Of a stretch of 64,000 nt of DNA, positions 18,438-28,863 are shown piece after piece. The translations under genes and the position numbers were made by a program. The stretch's first letter is position 1. The number at the start of each line of letters is the position of its first letter. The stretch is from a bacterium (GTDB lineage Bacteria > Patescibacteriota > Minisyncoccia > Phycocordibacterales > UBA918). The notes under the pieces were generated by a model. It ran no database searches, was not told the DNA's origin, and saw only the letters and a program-made list of their open reading frames with translations. Location: NCBI GenBank assembly GCA_043728975.1, contig JAYTMA010000167.1:4939-68938 (forward strand), read 5' to 3'.

Positions 18438-18731
18438 ATGGCTAAAAAATTCAACGCTATCGGTTCAATGAAAACTAAGAAAGAGAAAGATGCTAACGGC
18501 AATCCACAGTACTACATCGAGATTGACAAGAACTTTATTGATCGTCTCAAGCTTGATGGCAAGCCAATCGGCAAGTACATCAACGTTGAACGTCCCACTT
18601 CTAAATACGACCGCATGTTAAAGAGCGGGAAGATCGACGAAGCTGAGTACGATGAGAAGACGGCCCAGTTTGCTGCTGACGGAAAGCTTGCTTTCGTTAA
18701 GTTTGATTTGCAAATTGTGCAAGAAGATTAA
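18438..18731 (+). CDS. hypothetical protein (97 aa)
   Basis: ORF with aaggaataaacaATG RBS. Confidence 0.5.
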   Translation: MAKKFNAIGSMKTKKEKDANGNPQYYIEIDKNFIDRLKLDGKPIGKYINVERPTSKYDRMLKSGKIDEAEYDEKTAQFAADGKLAFVKFDLQIVQED

Positions 18732-18962
18732 GTGGTATTTAAAGTATCCGACTACAGACATGGAAAAGAAGACCTAATTCGTCACATCAGGCGCTTTAAT
18801 AACGACGTTACAAAGCTTAGTTATTATTGCGCCAGTTTTTCATTTCCTGTTGCAGCGGCAATTGTATTTTGCATCGAAGAATTTCCCGAACATCGAGAAG
18901 CACTGGAGATGAATCTTGAAAGCATCAAAACATTTTACGGCTATAAATCAATCGAAGAGTGA
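18732..18962 (+). CDS. hypothetical protein (76 aa, GTG start)
   Basis: Track ORF. Non-ATG start directly after the upstream stop. Confidence 0.35.
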   Translation: MVFKVSDYRHGKEDLIRHIRRFNNDVTKLSYYCASFSFPVAAAIVFCIEEFPEHREALEMNLESIKTFYGYKSIEE

Positions 18963-18988
18963 TGGTTTCATTCCAAACTTGCTGAAGT

Positions 18989-19207
18989 ATGAAGAATGGG
19001 AAAGGCTCTCAAATGAGTGATGTTCCAGTTTTGCTTCAGCGAGGAGATATTGAGTACATGCTTATATCTCAAATCGCTAAACACCACAACATTAAAGTGC
19101 TCGACTTCTGCAGTATCTGGATTGAGGGCGGCAAGAAGATGACTTATGAGAACTACTTGAACTGGTACTTGCAAACTTACACACCACTGGGGAAAGCGCT
19201 TAAATGA
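18989..19207 (+). CDS. SPLYQALK-tail family variant (72 aa, ..YTPLGKALK)
   Basis: C-terminal tail variant. ATGA overlap with the next family member. Confidence 0.5.
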   Translation: MKNGKGSQMSDVPVLLQRGDIEYMLISQIAKHHNIKVLDFCSIWIEGGKKMTYENYLNWYLQTYTPLGKALK

Positions 19208-19422
19208 AAACATTCAAAGTAGGCGATAGGGTAGTTGTAACTGGCCACATAAGACAAGATGACCATAGCTTCTATTTAAAAAATGGGACAGTTGATAACA
19301 TTACTGATTTACGCTTATACCCCGTTGAAGTTAATTTTGGCAATAGAACTTTTATATTCATGGAACATGAGCTGGAACTAGAAAGCATCTACTATTCGCC
19401 CCTTTACCAAGCACTTATATAA
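19204..19422 (+). CDS. SPLYQALK-tail family small protein (72 aa)
   Basis: MKTFKVGDRVVV ... YSPLYQALI. Confidence 0.65.
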   Translation: MKTFKVGDRVVVTGHIRQDDHSFYLKNGTVDNITDLRLYPVEVNFGNRTFIFMEHELELESIYYSPLYQALI

Positions 19423-19425
19423 AAA

Positions 19426-20442
19426 ATGGGACAAAAAATGAAATTTGATAAAACTCGCAAAGAGCAAACGGGTATTGCCTCGATTGCCGACTTAAAACGA
19501 AGCGGAAAAGTAACTGGAGCAATGAACCCAGCGCTTTTCGTAAATGGCCCAGATGAGTTTGATTGTTTAATCAACAAATGGAGCAGACAAGAACTCGGCG
19601 GCTTGATTGGAGACTCTGGCGTAGGTAAATCCGAGGTCGTGCTCCAGTTTTTTAAATCCATACTCATGAACAATCCCAAAAGCTCAGCAGTTTACGTTTC
19701 TCTTGAAATGACTGACGAGAAGATTGCACAGAGATGGTACAAAATCACTGAAGGACATCCAGAACTTGCCGAGCGCTTGTTCATCCTCTCTCGTTACGAC
19801 TCAAACGGAAAGTCTCGAGAAGTGAGTGTTCAGTGGATTAAGCGCGAACTTATGCGATATCGAGAAGTTGTTGGAGACATTGTTACATTTGCAATTGACC
19901 ACGTTCACTGTCTTGGCGAAAACGACGCTTCTACATTGAACTCGCTCTTCATTGTCTTGAAAGAGATGTGCGTGGAGCTTAATGCTTATGGAATAGCTAT
20001 GGCCCAGGTTAACAAGAGCAGCGGACAAAAGGGCGAAGTGCCTTTAGATGCTGATTCAGTTCTCGGTTGTAGCCAAATGAAATATATTTGCTCTGACATC
20101 ATTCAAATACACCGGCCCATTTTTAGATTAGAGGAAGATGCGAAAATGTCCGTTCTTTCCTGGGGCTATGTGAAAACTCGTGAAGCTCATAAAGACGACA
20201 AGGTGAAGAAGGGGCAAAACAAGCTTCTCTTCTACGATAACGAAACAAGAACGTTCAGAAAAATGAACAGCGCTGAATTGAGCGTGTTCAAGATGTATTA
20301 TAATTCTCTCCTAGAAATGAAATCGGCAGAAGAGAAGCAGAAAGCTTTTACTTACGACATTACGAAAGAGATTCAAACCAAAGACGGGAAGTTTGTAACA
20401 ATCACTGAAAAGTTCTGCGGGAGTGTAGGTGATGACCTTTAA
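19426..20442 (+). CDS. RecA-fold replicative helicase-like ATPase (DnaB C-terminal domain-like, 338 aa)
   Basis: Walker A GLIGDSGVGKSEV. Walker B-like FAIDHVHCL. Confidence 0.65.
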   Translation: MGQKMKFDKTRKEQTGIASIADLKRSGKVTGAMNPALFVNGPDEFDCLINKWSRQELGGLIGDSGVGKSEVVLQFFKSILMNNPKSSAVYVSLEMTDEKIAQRWYKITEGHPELAERLFILSRYDSNGKSREVSVQWIKRELMRYREVVGDIVTFAIDHVHCLGENDASTLNSLFIVLKEMCVELNAYGIAMAQVNKSSGQKGEVPLDADSVLGCSQMKYICSDIIQIHRPIFRLEEDAKMSVLSWGYVKTREAHKDDKVKKGQNKLLFYDNETRTFRKMNSAELSVFKMYYNSLLEMKSAEEKQKAFTYDITKEIQTKDGKFVTITEKFCGSVGDDL

Positions 20443-20617
20443 AATTGGAGATAGGGTTGTCAATCTACGCTATTGGAGTAATCCAATTTTTGTAGTCACA
20501 GGCTTCGATGGAGTTCAGTACTCTGTTACAAATGGAGTTGAGACTAGTTGGAGTCTTCCTAAAGAGCTTGTTCATGAGGTTATTTACAATTCCCCCCTTT
20601 ACAAGGCTCTCAAATGA
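20429..20617 (+). CDS. SPLYQALK-tail family small protein (62 aa)
   Basis: MMTFKIGDRVV ... NSPLYKALK. Confidence 0.65.
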   Translation: MMTFKIGDRVVNLRYWSNPIFVVTGFDGVQYSVTNGVETSWSLPKELVHEVIYNSPLYKALK

Positions 20618-20832
20618 GCCGCTTTAAAGTTGGCGATAAGGTCGTTCCAATCTGGAACAGCCATTACAACGACAAGCCTCAAACAGTCGTAGAAGTTTTT
20701 CCCAAGGGCGTGTGCTTAGAATCTGCATACGCTCAAACAGGATTGTATCCGCCAAGCTTAGCGGTGTTCTACGACGAGGAAATTGAATACTGGGACATTT
20801 GGAAATCCCCGCTATGGGAGGCGCTTAAATAG
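20614..20832 (+). CDS. SPLYQALK-tail family small protein (72 aa)
   Basis: MSRFKVGDKVV ... KSPLWEALK. ATGA overlap. Confidence 0.65.
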   Translation: MSRFKVGDKVVPIWNSHYNDKPQTVVEVFPKGVCLESAYAQTGLYPPSLAVFYDEEIEYWDIWKSPLWEALK

Positions 20833-20835
20833 CTA

Positions 20836-20864
20836 TTGCATTATATTAATACATGTGCTAGTAT
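20836..20864 (+). promoter_or_regulatory. conserved phage promoter element TTGCAT-N17-TAGTAT
   Basis: TTGCATTATATTAATACATGTGCTAGTATGGTCTAAG, upstream of the HNH gene (TTG start 20902 with aagcagggag RBS). Confidence 0.5.
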
Positions 20865-20901
20865 GGTCTAAGCCACAGGATGCGGCGACAAAAGCAGGGA
20901 G

Positions 20902-21609
20902 TTGCTTGTGATCTTAGTAGAAGAGATTGAAGTACTTATAAATCCAAGAAGGAAAAAGCATTTTGAAAGCCTTGGGTATGAAATTCCTAAGTACATAAAT
21001 AGAAACGGATTACCTACTGTGCTTACTGGAACTGCAATCACGGTTCAAGTTAAAGATCTATCACCTTATAGCGATGTAAAAGTACCTGTATGTTGTGAAG
21101 TTTGTAACCAAGCTCGTAAAATCCCTTATAAGCATTTAGCAAAACCTAATTCAAATAAATCTGGGTGGTTAGTAGATGGTACAACATTATGCAAAAAATG
21201 TAGCGCTATAAAATCTGGCATACATAGAAAAGGTATCAAGGTTCCTAAATTATCAGGAAAGCTCAATCCATTTTATAAACACGGCTCGACAGGGTACTCA
21301 AATTACTTAAGCCGAGCAAGTAAGCGTGGAATACCCTTTGATTTGACCGTCGAGCAGTTTAAGGAATTGACTAGTATGAAATGCCATTATTGCAATGGGA
21401 CTCATCCATCAATATCCGACAAGGAAATGCTATGTGGGATTGATAAGAAAGATCCTGTCAAAGGATATGTATACAGTAACTGTCTACCTTGCTGCATTTT
21501 ATGTAATCAAGCGAAGAATAGCATGAGTTACAAAGAATTCAAGTCATGGCTCATTCGAATTAGCGAAAACTTTCTTAAACCAACTTCCAAGGTCTTAAAT
21601 GAGACTTAG
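20902..21609 (+). CDS. HNH endonuclease with Cys-rich zinc fingers (235 aa)
   Basis: CHYCNGTHP...CLPCCILCNQAKN HNH core. Multiple CxxC pairs. Confidence 0.75.
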   Translation: MLVILVEEIEVLINPRRKKHFESLGYEIPKYINRNGLPTVLTGTAITVQVKDLSPYSDVKVPVCCEVCNQARKIPYKHLAKPNSNKSGWLVDGTTLCKKCSAIKSGIHRKGIKVPKLSGKLNPFYKHGSTGYSNYLSRASKRGIPFDLTVEQFKELTSMKCHYCNGTHPSISDKEMLCGIDKKDPVKGYVYSNCLPCCILCNQAKNSMSYKEFKSWLIRISENFLKPTSKVLNET

Positions 21610-22447
21610 TATTTGGCCAAAGGCCAATCCCCGCCCAAAGAACAAGGACGAGAAGATCATCGTCGGCTATCAAGTAAGCGGCGATAAAAACCTCCCTACA
21701 ACTGTCGAGTTCAACGACGACGAAGAGCTGCTCCATTTCGTTACAAACAACGCTTGGAGCCCTTTCACATTCTCCGGTAAGCGAGATGCTGCGAACTTCA
21801 TAAGCTGTGACTTGCTCGTTTATGACATCGACGATGGCCTAACCATTGACGAGGCAAAAGTGCTTGTTAAAAAACATAACTTAGCTTGTCTCTGTTTACC
21901 TTCCCCCTCTCACTCTGAAGAGCTTCACAAGTTCCGCATTATCTTGCCCTTGGCTTATCCGATCACTGTCCCAGATGTTTATATTGCCACTTGGCTTAGC
22001 GGGGCAGAAATATTCGGAGTAGTGGATGAGCAATGTAAAGACTTAGCTCGCTTCTACAATTCGAGTACAGACGAAGATGGCTTTTGGACTGAAGGAAAGC
22101 TGTTTGAGCCGAGGCGACCAGAAGAAAAGAAAATGGAACAAAACCAGGGGCCTAAGCAAGTTATGCTTCCGCTATCTGGGGACATTGCAGAAACTGTTCT
22201 AGCAATTTACGGCGAAAAGCGCTCGGTTGTTCCAGAAGCTGTTGATTTCTTTATTCGAAATGCACACTCAGGTTTGCAAGGCGAATGGACCAACGCTTTG
22301 AACAGGTTTTGCTTCAGTTTAGCATTGTCAGGAGTTGAAGATGATGCTATATTAATAGTATGCAAACAGCTTGCTCCTCAAGAGCTTGATAAGCGAGATT
22401 TGTATCAGATTAAACGAGCTATCCAGGATGGAAAAAATGCAGTTTAA
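21599..22447 (+). CDS. hypothetical replication-associated protein (282 aa)
   Basis: Long ORF between the HNH and polymerase genes. LLVYDIDDGLTIDEAK is reminiscent of primase-associated domains. No firm motif. Confidence 0.45.
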   Translation: MRLSIWPKANPRPKNKDEKIIVGYQVSGDKNLPTTVEFNDDEELLHFVTNNAWSPFTFSGKRDAANFISCDLLVYDIDDGLTIDEAKVLVKKHNLACLCLPSPSHSEELHKFRIILPLAYPITVPDVYIATWLSGAEIFGVVDEQCKDLARFYNSSTDEDGFWTEGKLFEPRRPEEKKMEQNQGPKQVMLPLSGDIAETVLAIYGEKRSVVPEAVDFFIRNAHSGLQGEWTNALNRFCFSLALSGVEDDAILIVCKQLAPQELDKRDLYQIKRAIQDGKNAV

Positions 22448-22649
22448 CGTTGGTGATATTGTAGTTACAACTTCCAAAGACCCTTTTGCCGGGGTTCCTA
22501 TTGGAACTCAAGCTGTTATAACTGGAATTCGTGAAAAGACTTGGAATAATCTCCACGTTTATGAACTAGACATAAAGCAAGTCTGCACATCAGACAGTAT
22601 TGCCCCTCATGGACTTACTCTTTCCCCCCTCTGGCAAGCTCTCAAATAA
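22437..22649 (+). CDS. SPLYQALK-tail family small protein (70 aa)
   Basis: MQFNVGDIVV ... LSPLWQALK. Start chosen at ATG 22437 rather than the track's TTG 22371. Confidence 0.6.
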   Translation: MQFNVGDIVVTTSKDPFAGVPIGTQAVITGIREKTWNNLHVYELDIKQVCTSDSIAPHGLTLSPLWQALK

Positions 22650-22676
22650 TAATTCCCTCACGAACAGGATGTTCCA

Positions 22677-22934
22677 GTGAATAAAGAAGCTCTTCACCAA
22701 CAGCACTTAAACCTCGTCATTTACGAGCTTGAGACAATCAAGAACTCGATTAAAGGCTTAAGCGACGCTGATTTGTACGACTACTGCATAATGGACATCG
22801 ACGCTTACAAACGCCACGACTTAGACGCTTTGTACGAGAATCTCGCTGCTGGGGGGAAATTGTCCCAGTCTGAGAGAGTATCTCTTGAGGCTTTTTACAT
22901 TCTCACGAGCATGGACTTGGTTGTTAATGAATAA
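22677..22934 (+). CDS. hypothetical protein (85 aa, GTG start)
   Basis: Track ORF. Its stop overlaps the polymerase start. Confidence 0.4.
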   Translation: MNKEALHQQHLNLVIYELETIKNSIKGLSDADLYDYCIMDIDAYKRHDLDALYENLAAGGKLSQSERVSLEAFYILTSMDLVVNE

Positions 22935-25221
22935 GAACTACATAATCGTGACAGATAACGAAAAATTAGAACTCCTCCGAAATCACATTTCAGAGTTTGA
23001 GTACTTCGCTTTCGATACTGAAACAACCGGCCTCAACGTTCGCAAGAACAAAGTAATCGGCCTCTCAGTGAGTGGGCAGATCGGAACTGCTTTCTATTTG
23101 CCGCTTTTAACCTGGGACAAATTAGCGCAACAGCTTGTTCCAGTTTGGGGTAGAGATAAGTTCGAGCATATCCTGAAAGCACTTTGTAAAAAAGACCTCA
23201 TAACCTGGAACGGCTCATTCGATGCTCGCATTGTGAAGAACGATTTCGGCATAGATATTGTCCCAGCTATTCTTGCTGATGGAATGCTCATGAAGCACAC
23301 CGTACAAGAAGATGGGACATTCGGACTTAAAGAGACAGCTATTGAGCTTGCTCATGAGATTGGTCTTGGAGATATAGAAGTTGCTGCTAATGAGGAGCAA
23401 ATAACCCTTAAAGCGAACGTAATTGCTAATGGTGGGACATGGCTTAAGTCCAATAAAGAGATGTTTAAAGCAGACCTCGAGGTAATGGGCCCGTATGCTT
23501 GCGCAGATGCTGACTTAACTCTTCGATTGGCCCAGTACTATAACGAAAAGCTCGCTGAAGAAGGCTTGGAAGAGTTCTTCTACGACACTGAAGTAATGCC
23601 CTTGTATAAGGAAGTTACAATTCCCATGGAAGATCATGGGGTGAAGCTTGATTTGCCCCTTATTGAGCAAGCTAAGATCGACATAGCTATTGATATGGCT
23701 GCTCTTGAAAAAGACATCCTCGCTGATTTAAACGCTATTCCGGAAGTTTTAGATTGGCAGAAGCAAAAGGCCGAGGAACTTTACCCCCCAAGCAACAAGG
23801 GCGCGTTTGCCCAAGAAGTTTGCGCATTGTTTGATTTACCATTGCCAAAGACGACGGCAGGAAAATACTCCCTAACTGCTAAAGGAATATCTTCTTTGCC
23901 AGAAAGTGCTGCAAAACATTTTTTACAGGGCGAAGCTACTTTAAATCCTGGAATGAACTTCAATATATCTTGGAAACTGTTCATCAAAAACGACGAGCAC
24001 TTGATAAACATTAACTCAAAACCACAAATGGGACATATTGCGTTTGAGTGCTTGGGCATAAAGCCTCTTGGAACAACACCTGGAGGAAAGCCCCAGTTTG
24101 ATGATGACATGATTCAAGCTCTTGCGGACAAGCACAAACTAAACTGGGCTGAGAAGCTCTCGAACTACAATAAGCTACTTAAACTCAGCTCCACTTACAT
24201 TGACCGCTTTCTCGACGCTCATGAAGATGGCTATTATTACTTCACGTATAAGCAGCATGGGACTGTTTCAGGAAGATACTCTGGCGATGCTCAGCAAATG
24301 CCAAGACCTAAAGAAGAAGAGGAGCTTGCTCCAGTTGTTTTAAAGTACGTGAACATTATTCGAAGCTTCTTCATTGCTGAAGAGGGTCGAGTGTTTATTG
24401 ATTGCGATTACGAGTCTCTTGAGCCACATGTATTTAGTCATGTTTCAAACGATGAAAGGCTTAGAGATATTTTCCGCAAAGGTCACGACTTTTATTCAAC
24501 TATCGCTATAGCGACTGAAAAGCTAGAGGGCGTAAGCGCTGACAAGAAAGCTCCTAACTACTTAGGCAAAGTGAACAAACAAGTTAGACAGAAGAGTAAG
24601 GCTTATTCATTGGGAATTCCTTACGGCCTCGGTGATTACGCTTTAGGGATGTCGTTGAATGTTTCAAAGAAAGAGGCTGCAACTCTCATCGAAGGTTATT
24701 TAAGTGGATTCCCTGATTTGGCTTGCTGGATGGAGGAGTCTGAGGAGTTCGTCAAACATCATGGCTTCATCAGAGTACAAACAGGACGAGTAAGACATTT
24801 GCCGAGGGTAAAAGAGATTTACAAAAAACATGGTGATCGTATTCTCGACTGGAGATACAAGAAGGACTTAACTTCCAAGCTATCGAGAACGATGTCATAC
24901 GATGAAGCTAAGGCTGAAGTTCAAACGCTCTATAGAGATTATAAGAATGGACTTAACAACGGAAAAAACGTCCAGATCCAGGGATTATCTGCAAGTATCA
25001 TCAACGTTGCAATGATTGAAATCAATAAACAATTCAAGGCTCAAAGAATCGACGGCTACGTTTGTGCAACTATCCATGATCAGGCTATTATGAATGTTCC
25101 AGAAAAAGACGTAGAGCTTGCAACGAAAATCATTGAGAAAGCGATGACTACAACAACTAAATTAAGTGTTGATTTGAAAGCCCCTCCAGCAGTGTCCCAC
25201 AATTGGAAAGATGGCCACTAG
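22927..25221 (+). CDS. DNA polymerase, family A (Pol I-like) with 3'-5' exonuclease domain (764 aa)
   Basis: Exo I FDTETTGL. Pol motif A DYESLEPH, motif B RQKSKAYSLGIPYG, motif C HDQAIM. Start set at ATG 22927. Confidence 0.9.
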   Translation: MNKNYIIVTDNEKLELLRNHISEFEYFAFDTETTGLNVRKNKVIGLSVSGQIGTAFYLPLLTWDKLAQQLVPVWGRDKFEHILKALCKKDLITWNGSFDARIVKNDFGIDIVPAILADGMLMKHTVQEDGTFGLKETAIELAHEIGLGDIEVAANEEQITLKANVIANGGTWLKSNKEMFKADLEVMGPYACADADLTLRLAQYYNEKLAEEGLEEFFYDTEVMPLYKEVTIPMEDHGVKLDLPLIEQAKIDIAIDMAALEKDILADLNAIPEVLDWQKQKAEELYPPSNKGAFAQEVCALFDLPLPKTTAGKYSLTAKGISSLPESAAKHFLQGEATLNPGMNFNISWKLFIKNDEHLININSKPQMGHIAFECLGIKPLGTTPGGKPQFDDDMIQALADKHKLNWAEKLSNYNKLLKLSSTYIDRFLDAHEDGYYYFTYKQHGTVSGRYSGDAQQMPRPKEEEELAPVVLKYVNIIRSFFIAEEGRVFIDCDYESLEPHVFSHVSNDERLRDIFRKGHDFYSTIAIATEKLEGVSADKKAPNYLGKVNKQVRQKSKAYSLGIPYGLGDYALGMSLNVSKKEAATLIEGYLSGFPDLACWMEESEEFVKHHGFIRVQTGRVRHLPRVKEIYKKHGDRILDWRYKKDLTSKLSRTMSYDEAKAEVQTLYRDYKNGLNNGKNVQIQGLSASIINVAMIEINKQFKAQRIDGYVCATIHDQAIMNVPEKDVELATKIIEKAMTTTTKLSVDLKAPPAVSHNWKDGH

Positions 25222-25287
25222 ACCTTAAGCACTATTTGCTCAAGTCTATACCAGTATTAGTATAAGTGCTAATATGGTATAGGAGCA

Positions 25288-25860
25288 ATGATGAAAACCT
25301 GTACTAGATGTAACGAAACTAAGCCTCTTATAAAATTTAGACACTATGTAACTAAATCTGGTCAAGATAGGTATGTTAGGAATTGCTTAAATTGCGCAAG
25401 CCTTGATTTGAAAATGGAGCAAAAAAGAAAGCGTCAGGAAAACCCTACCTGTATTCATTGTAGTTGTGTTCTTGTTCTGGGAACTAACTGGAACGCTTCA
25501 ATGCAAAGAGAGTGTTGCTACACTTGTAAGAATTGTCATAAAAGTCACGCAAGCCAAACTCCAGAAGCTAATAAAAACCATAAGCTCATGAGAGCATTCA
25601 ACATATCACTTGATGATTACCAGAAAATGTTTACAGCTCAAAATGGAGTTTGTGAAATCTGCAAAGAACCTGAAAAGTTCTCAAGTAAGGGCAATGAAAA
25701 AGCTATGTCTCTTGCTGTGGATCATGATCACGACACTGGAAAGATCAGATCCTTGTTGTGCCTCAAATGTAACAGAGGCTTGGGCCTCTTCGAGGAAGAT
25801 GCAAATAAGTTATCCGCTGCTATAAACTATATCAAAAAGCATAAGGCTCGCCATGACTAA
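25288..25860 (+). CDS. HNH endonuclease, endonuclease VII-like, with N-terminal zinc fingers (190 aa)
   Basis: LAVDHDHDTGKIRSLLCLKCNRGLG (Endonuclease_7 signature). Multiple CxxC pairs. Confidence 0.75.
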   Translation: MMKTCTRCNETKPLIKFRHYVTKSGQDRYVRNCLNCASLDLKMEQKRKRQENPTCIHCSCVLVLGTNWNASMQRECCYTCKNCHKSHASQTPEANKNHKLMRAFNISLDDYQKMFTAQNGVCEICKEPEKFSSKGNEKAMSLAVDHDHDTGKIRSLLCLKCNRGLGLFEEDANKLSAAINYIKKHKARHD

Positions 25861-26080
25861 AATCAAAAACACCCTCCTCGCCCTAACCGGCATCTCCGCT
25901 CTCATTTACTTCTACCGCCTCTTCACTCTACCAAGCTCTGAAATGTTCAAGCACGAGTTCCCCGAGAAAGCTGAAAAAGCTGCTGCTGTAAAAGAAGTGG
26001 CTCATCTTAAAGAAGAGATTAAAGAAGTAGCGGCAAAAGAATACAGCGATGAAGAGATCGAGAAAAAGTTCAACCACTAA
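25853..26080 (+). CDS. small membrane-anchored protein (75 aa)
   Basis: N-terminal TM segment LLALTGISALIYFYRLF. Confidence 0.45.
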   Translation: MTKIKNTLLALTGISALIYFYRLFTLPSSEMFKHEFPEKAEKAAAVKEVAHLKEEIKEVAAKEYSDEEIEKKFNH

Positions 26081-26295
26081 TGAGCAAGTTTAAAGTAGGC
26101 GATAGAGTAGTTGATAGCGGCTTTAGAGCTACTGGCGTAGTAGTCATATCCCCGTTATACGAAACAGATCACATTGTTGCCGTTAGATTCGATAATCACG
26201 ATTACGATGATGAAGATGGCTGGCACTCAATGTTCATTGCTAACTTAGAGCCGGACCTTACTTATGGATCACCACTTAGAGAGGCTCTTAAATGA
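26080..26295 (+). CDS. SPLYQALK-tail family small protein (71 aa)
   Basis: MSKFKVGDRVV ... GSPLREALK. Confidence 0.65.
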   Translation: MSKFKVGDRVVDSGFRATGVVVISPLYETDHIVAVRFDNHDYDDEDGWHSMFIANLEPDLTYGSPLREALK

Positions 26296-26522
26296 GCTTT
26301 TACGAGAACATGAAAGTGTTCGTGATCAACAGAAAGTACGACCACTCTCTGAAGTTGTGGAATGAAGAAAAAACTGGGCCATTTCCTGTGCTCATGGTTT
26401 CTGGCTATGGCACTCGAGATGATTACGGTCATGTGTTTCTCTTACAAGACGGCGTGAAAATGCTTTCGGTAGACGAGAGTAGGATTGAAATAGTTACGCC
26501 GCTAACTGAAGCGCTTAAATGA
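26292..26522 (+). CDS. family-tail small protein (76 aa, ..TPLTEALK)
   Basis: ATGA-coupled. Tail variant. Confidence 0.5.
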   Translation: MSFYENMKVFVINRKYDHSLKLWNEEKTGPFPVLMVSGYGTRDDYGHVFLLQDGVKMLSVDESRIEIVTPLTEALK

Positions 26523-26600
26523 TCACTGACGTTGTTTCATTTCTTGCGGGCCTGTTCATTGGCGTTGGAGTAACGCTGCTTTTTCTAATATGGGAGCTTT

Positions 26601-26804
26601 ATGAGTAAGCTTAAGCGTGGAGATGTTGTAGTGCTTGTTCATATTGTCCCACATTGGACATACGAAATCAGTGTAGTAGACTTCACGCGATACTTTGCAG
26701 ATTGTGACCGCTATTACCTCAAGCAGCTTGAGATGTGGGTGGATGCTTCTGAAGTAGAACTGGAGCAAGTCTTTCATTCCCCTCTTTATCAAGCTCTCAA
26801 GTAA
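26601..26804 (+). CDS. SPLYQALK-tail family small protein (67 aa)
   Basis: MSKLKRGDVVV ... HSPLYQALK. Confidence 0.65.
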   Translation: MSKLKRGDVVVLVHIVPHWTYEISVVDFTRYFADCDRYYLKQLEMWVDASEVELEQVFHSPLYQALK

Positions 26805-26893
26805 ACAAATTCCCGCCAACGTTAAATTTGCTTAAGCATTTTCTAAAATCTGCTCCAGTGTTAATATAGGCTCTCACGACAACCACAAGGAGT

Positions 26894-28819
26894 GTGTTAA
26901 TGTCCAATGACTCTGCTGCTAAAATTCCTGCTACACCATGGGGCCCACTCGGCTACGTTACTTTCAAAAGAACATACTCACGGCGAATAAAAGAAGACGA
27001 TGCTAATTCGGCTACTGAAGAATTCCTACAATCTATCGAGCGTGTACTTAAGGCTTGCGATAAACAGCTTAAGTGCGGATTCACTCCAGAAGAAGAAATT
27101 GAAGTTCGTGACATGATGCTTGGGCTTGAAGGTATTGTTGCAGGGAGATTTCTTTGGCAACTCGGAACTAAGACTGTTGATAGACTTGGATTACCTTCGC
27201 TTCAGAATTGTGCTGTAACGCTTGTAAACGAGCCTGTACGCCCTTTTACATGGGCTATGGACATGTTGATGCTTGGCTGTGGCGTAGGGTTTAACATCCA
27301 AAGAGAGCACGTTTATGAGTTACCTAAACCTAAGCGAGTTAAGGTTACAAGACTTGACACAAAAGACGCTGATTATATTGTTCCAGATTCAAGATCCGGT
27401 TGGGTTGAACTTCTTCAGAAAACTCTTGAGGCAATTTTCATTACTGGTAAAGGCTTCACTTACTCAACGATTTGCATTCGCAATAAAGGCACTCTCATTA
27501 AAGGCTTTGGTGGAGTAGCTGCTGGGCCAGAGGAACTATGCTGGGGCATTAACGAAATTCATAAAGTGCTTACTGCTAGATCGGGGAAGAAAGTTCGTCC
27601 CATTGATTGTTTAGATGTCATGAACATCATTGGCTTCATAGTAGTTTCTGGCAACGTTCGTAGAAGTGCGCAACTTGCAATTGGAGACTCTGATGATCTT
27701 CAGTTTCTAAATGCTAAGCGCTGGGATTTGGGGAACATTCCAAACTGGCGAGCAATGTCCAATAACTCAGTTGTATGCAATGACTTCTCTTTGCTACCAG
27801 AACAATTCTGGCAAGGCTACATGGGGAATGGAGAAGCTTACGGCTTAATCAATCTCAAACTGGCCCAGTCTATTGGTAGGGCTGGCGAAACTCAGTATCC
27901 TGACAAAGGTGTAATCGGTTTCAATCCTTGCGCCGAACAATCTCTTGAAGATAAGGAGACTTGCTGTTTGGCAGAATATTATTTGCCTAACATCAAAACT
28001 GAAGCGCGTCTTCATCAAGTACTCAAGTACATTTACAGAATTGCTAAGCATAGTTTGGCTCTTGACTGTCACCATCCTGAAACAGAAGCTATCGTTCATA
28101 AGAACATGAGAATGGGGATTGGAGTTACAGGCTATCTTCAAGCCTCTGATGAGCAGAGAAGTTGGTTAAGCGCTGCTTATAAAATGCTTAGAGAGTTTGA
28201 CGTTGAGTACTCAGATAAGCATGGTTTCCCGCCTTCAATCAAACTAACAACAGTGAAGCCATCTGGGACATTGAGTTTGTTGGCTGGTGTCACACCTGGA
28301 GCACATCCTGGATTTGCTCAATACCACATTCGCAGAATTCGAATTGCTTCGAATAATCCTTTAGTAGAAACCTGTCGCAAGAATGGCTACGACATTGAGT
28401 ATCAGCGTAACTTTGATGGAACAGATGATCGCAATACAGTAGTTGTATCTTTCCCTTGCAGCTTTCCTGAAGGCACTAAGCTCGCTAAAGACATGACCGC
28501 AATTGACCAACTTGAAACAGTCGTTAGATTGCAGAAAGAATGGTCCGACAATGCAGTGTCTGTAACTATTTACTATCGGCCAGAAGAGCTAGTGCTGATT
28601 AAAGAATGGCTTTTTAAAAACTACAACGAGAATTTGAAGACTGTATCATTCTTGCTCCACTCTGAACATGGCTTTCAACAAGCCCCGTTAGAAGAGATTA
28701 CTAAAGAGCAGTTTGAAGCGTACTCGGCTAGAGTTACTCCGATTTCTAATCTTGCGATTATTGATGGAGTTGAGGATTCTGCTGCTGAGTGTGCGAGTGG
28801 TGTATGTCCCATCAAATAA
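26894..28819 (+). CDS. ribonucleotide reductase, class II (B12-dependent, monomeric NrdJ-like, 641 aa)
   Basis: Active-site GFNPCAEQSL (NPC[GA]E), upstream Cys in LQNCAV, and a C-terminal redox pair ECASGVC. The assignment rests on motifs only. Confidence 0.6.
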   Translation: MLMSNDSAAKIPATPWGPLGYVTFKRTYSRRIKEDDANSATEEFLQSIERVLKACDKQLKCGFTPEEEIEVRDMMLGLEGIVAGRFLWQLGTKTVDRLGLPSLQNCAVTLVNEPVRPFTWAMDMLMLGCGVGFNIQREHVYELPKPKRVKVTRLDTKDADYIVPDSRSGWVELLQKTLEAIFITGKGFTYSTICIRNKGTLIKGFGGVAAGPEELCWGINEIHKVLTARSGKKVRPIDCLDVMNIIGFIVVSGNVRRSAQLAIGDSDDLQFLNAKRWDLGNIPNWRAMSNNSVVCNDFSLLPEQFWQGYMGNGEAYGLINLKLAQSIGRAGETQYPDKGVIGFNPCAEQSLEDKETCCLAEYYLPNIKTEARLHQVLKYIYRIAKHSLALDCHHPETEAIVHKNMRMGIGVTGYLQASDEQRSWLSAAYKMLREFDVEYSDKHGFPPSIKLTTVKPSGTLSLLAGVTPGAHPGFAQYHIRRIRIASNNPLVETCRKNGYDIEYQRNFDGTDDRNTVVVSFPCSFPEGTKLAKDMTAIDQLETVVRLQKEWSDNAVSVTIYYRPEELVLIKEWLFKNYNENLKTVSFLLHSEHGFQQAPLEEITKEQFEAYSARVTPISNLAIIDGVEDSAAECASGVCPIK

Positions 28820-28863
28820 TTAAATGCTCTAAAGGCGTAGACATAATCATCGACGAGGAGGAC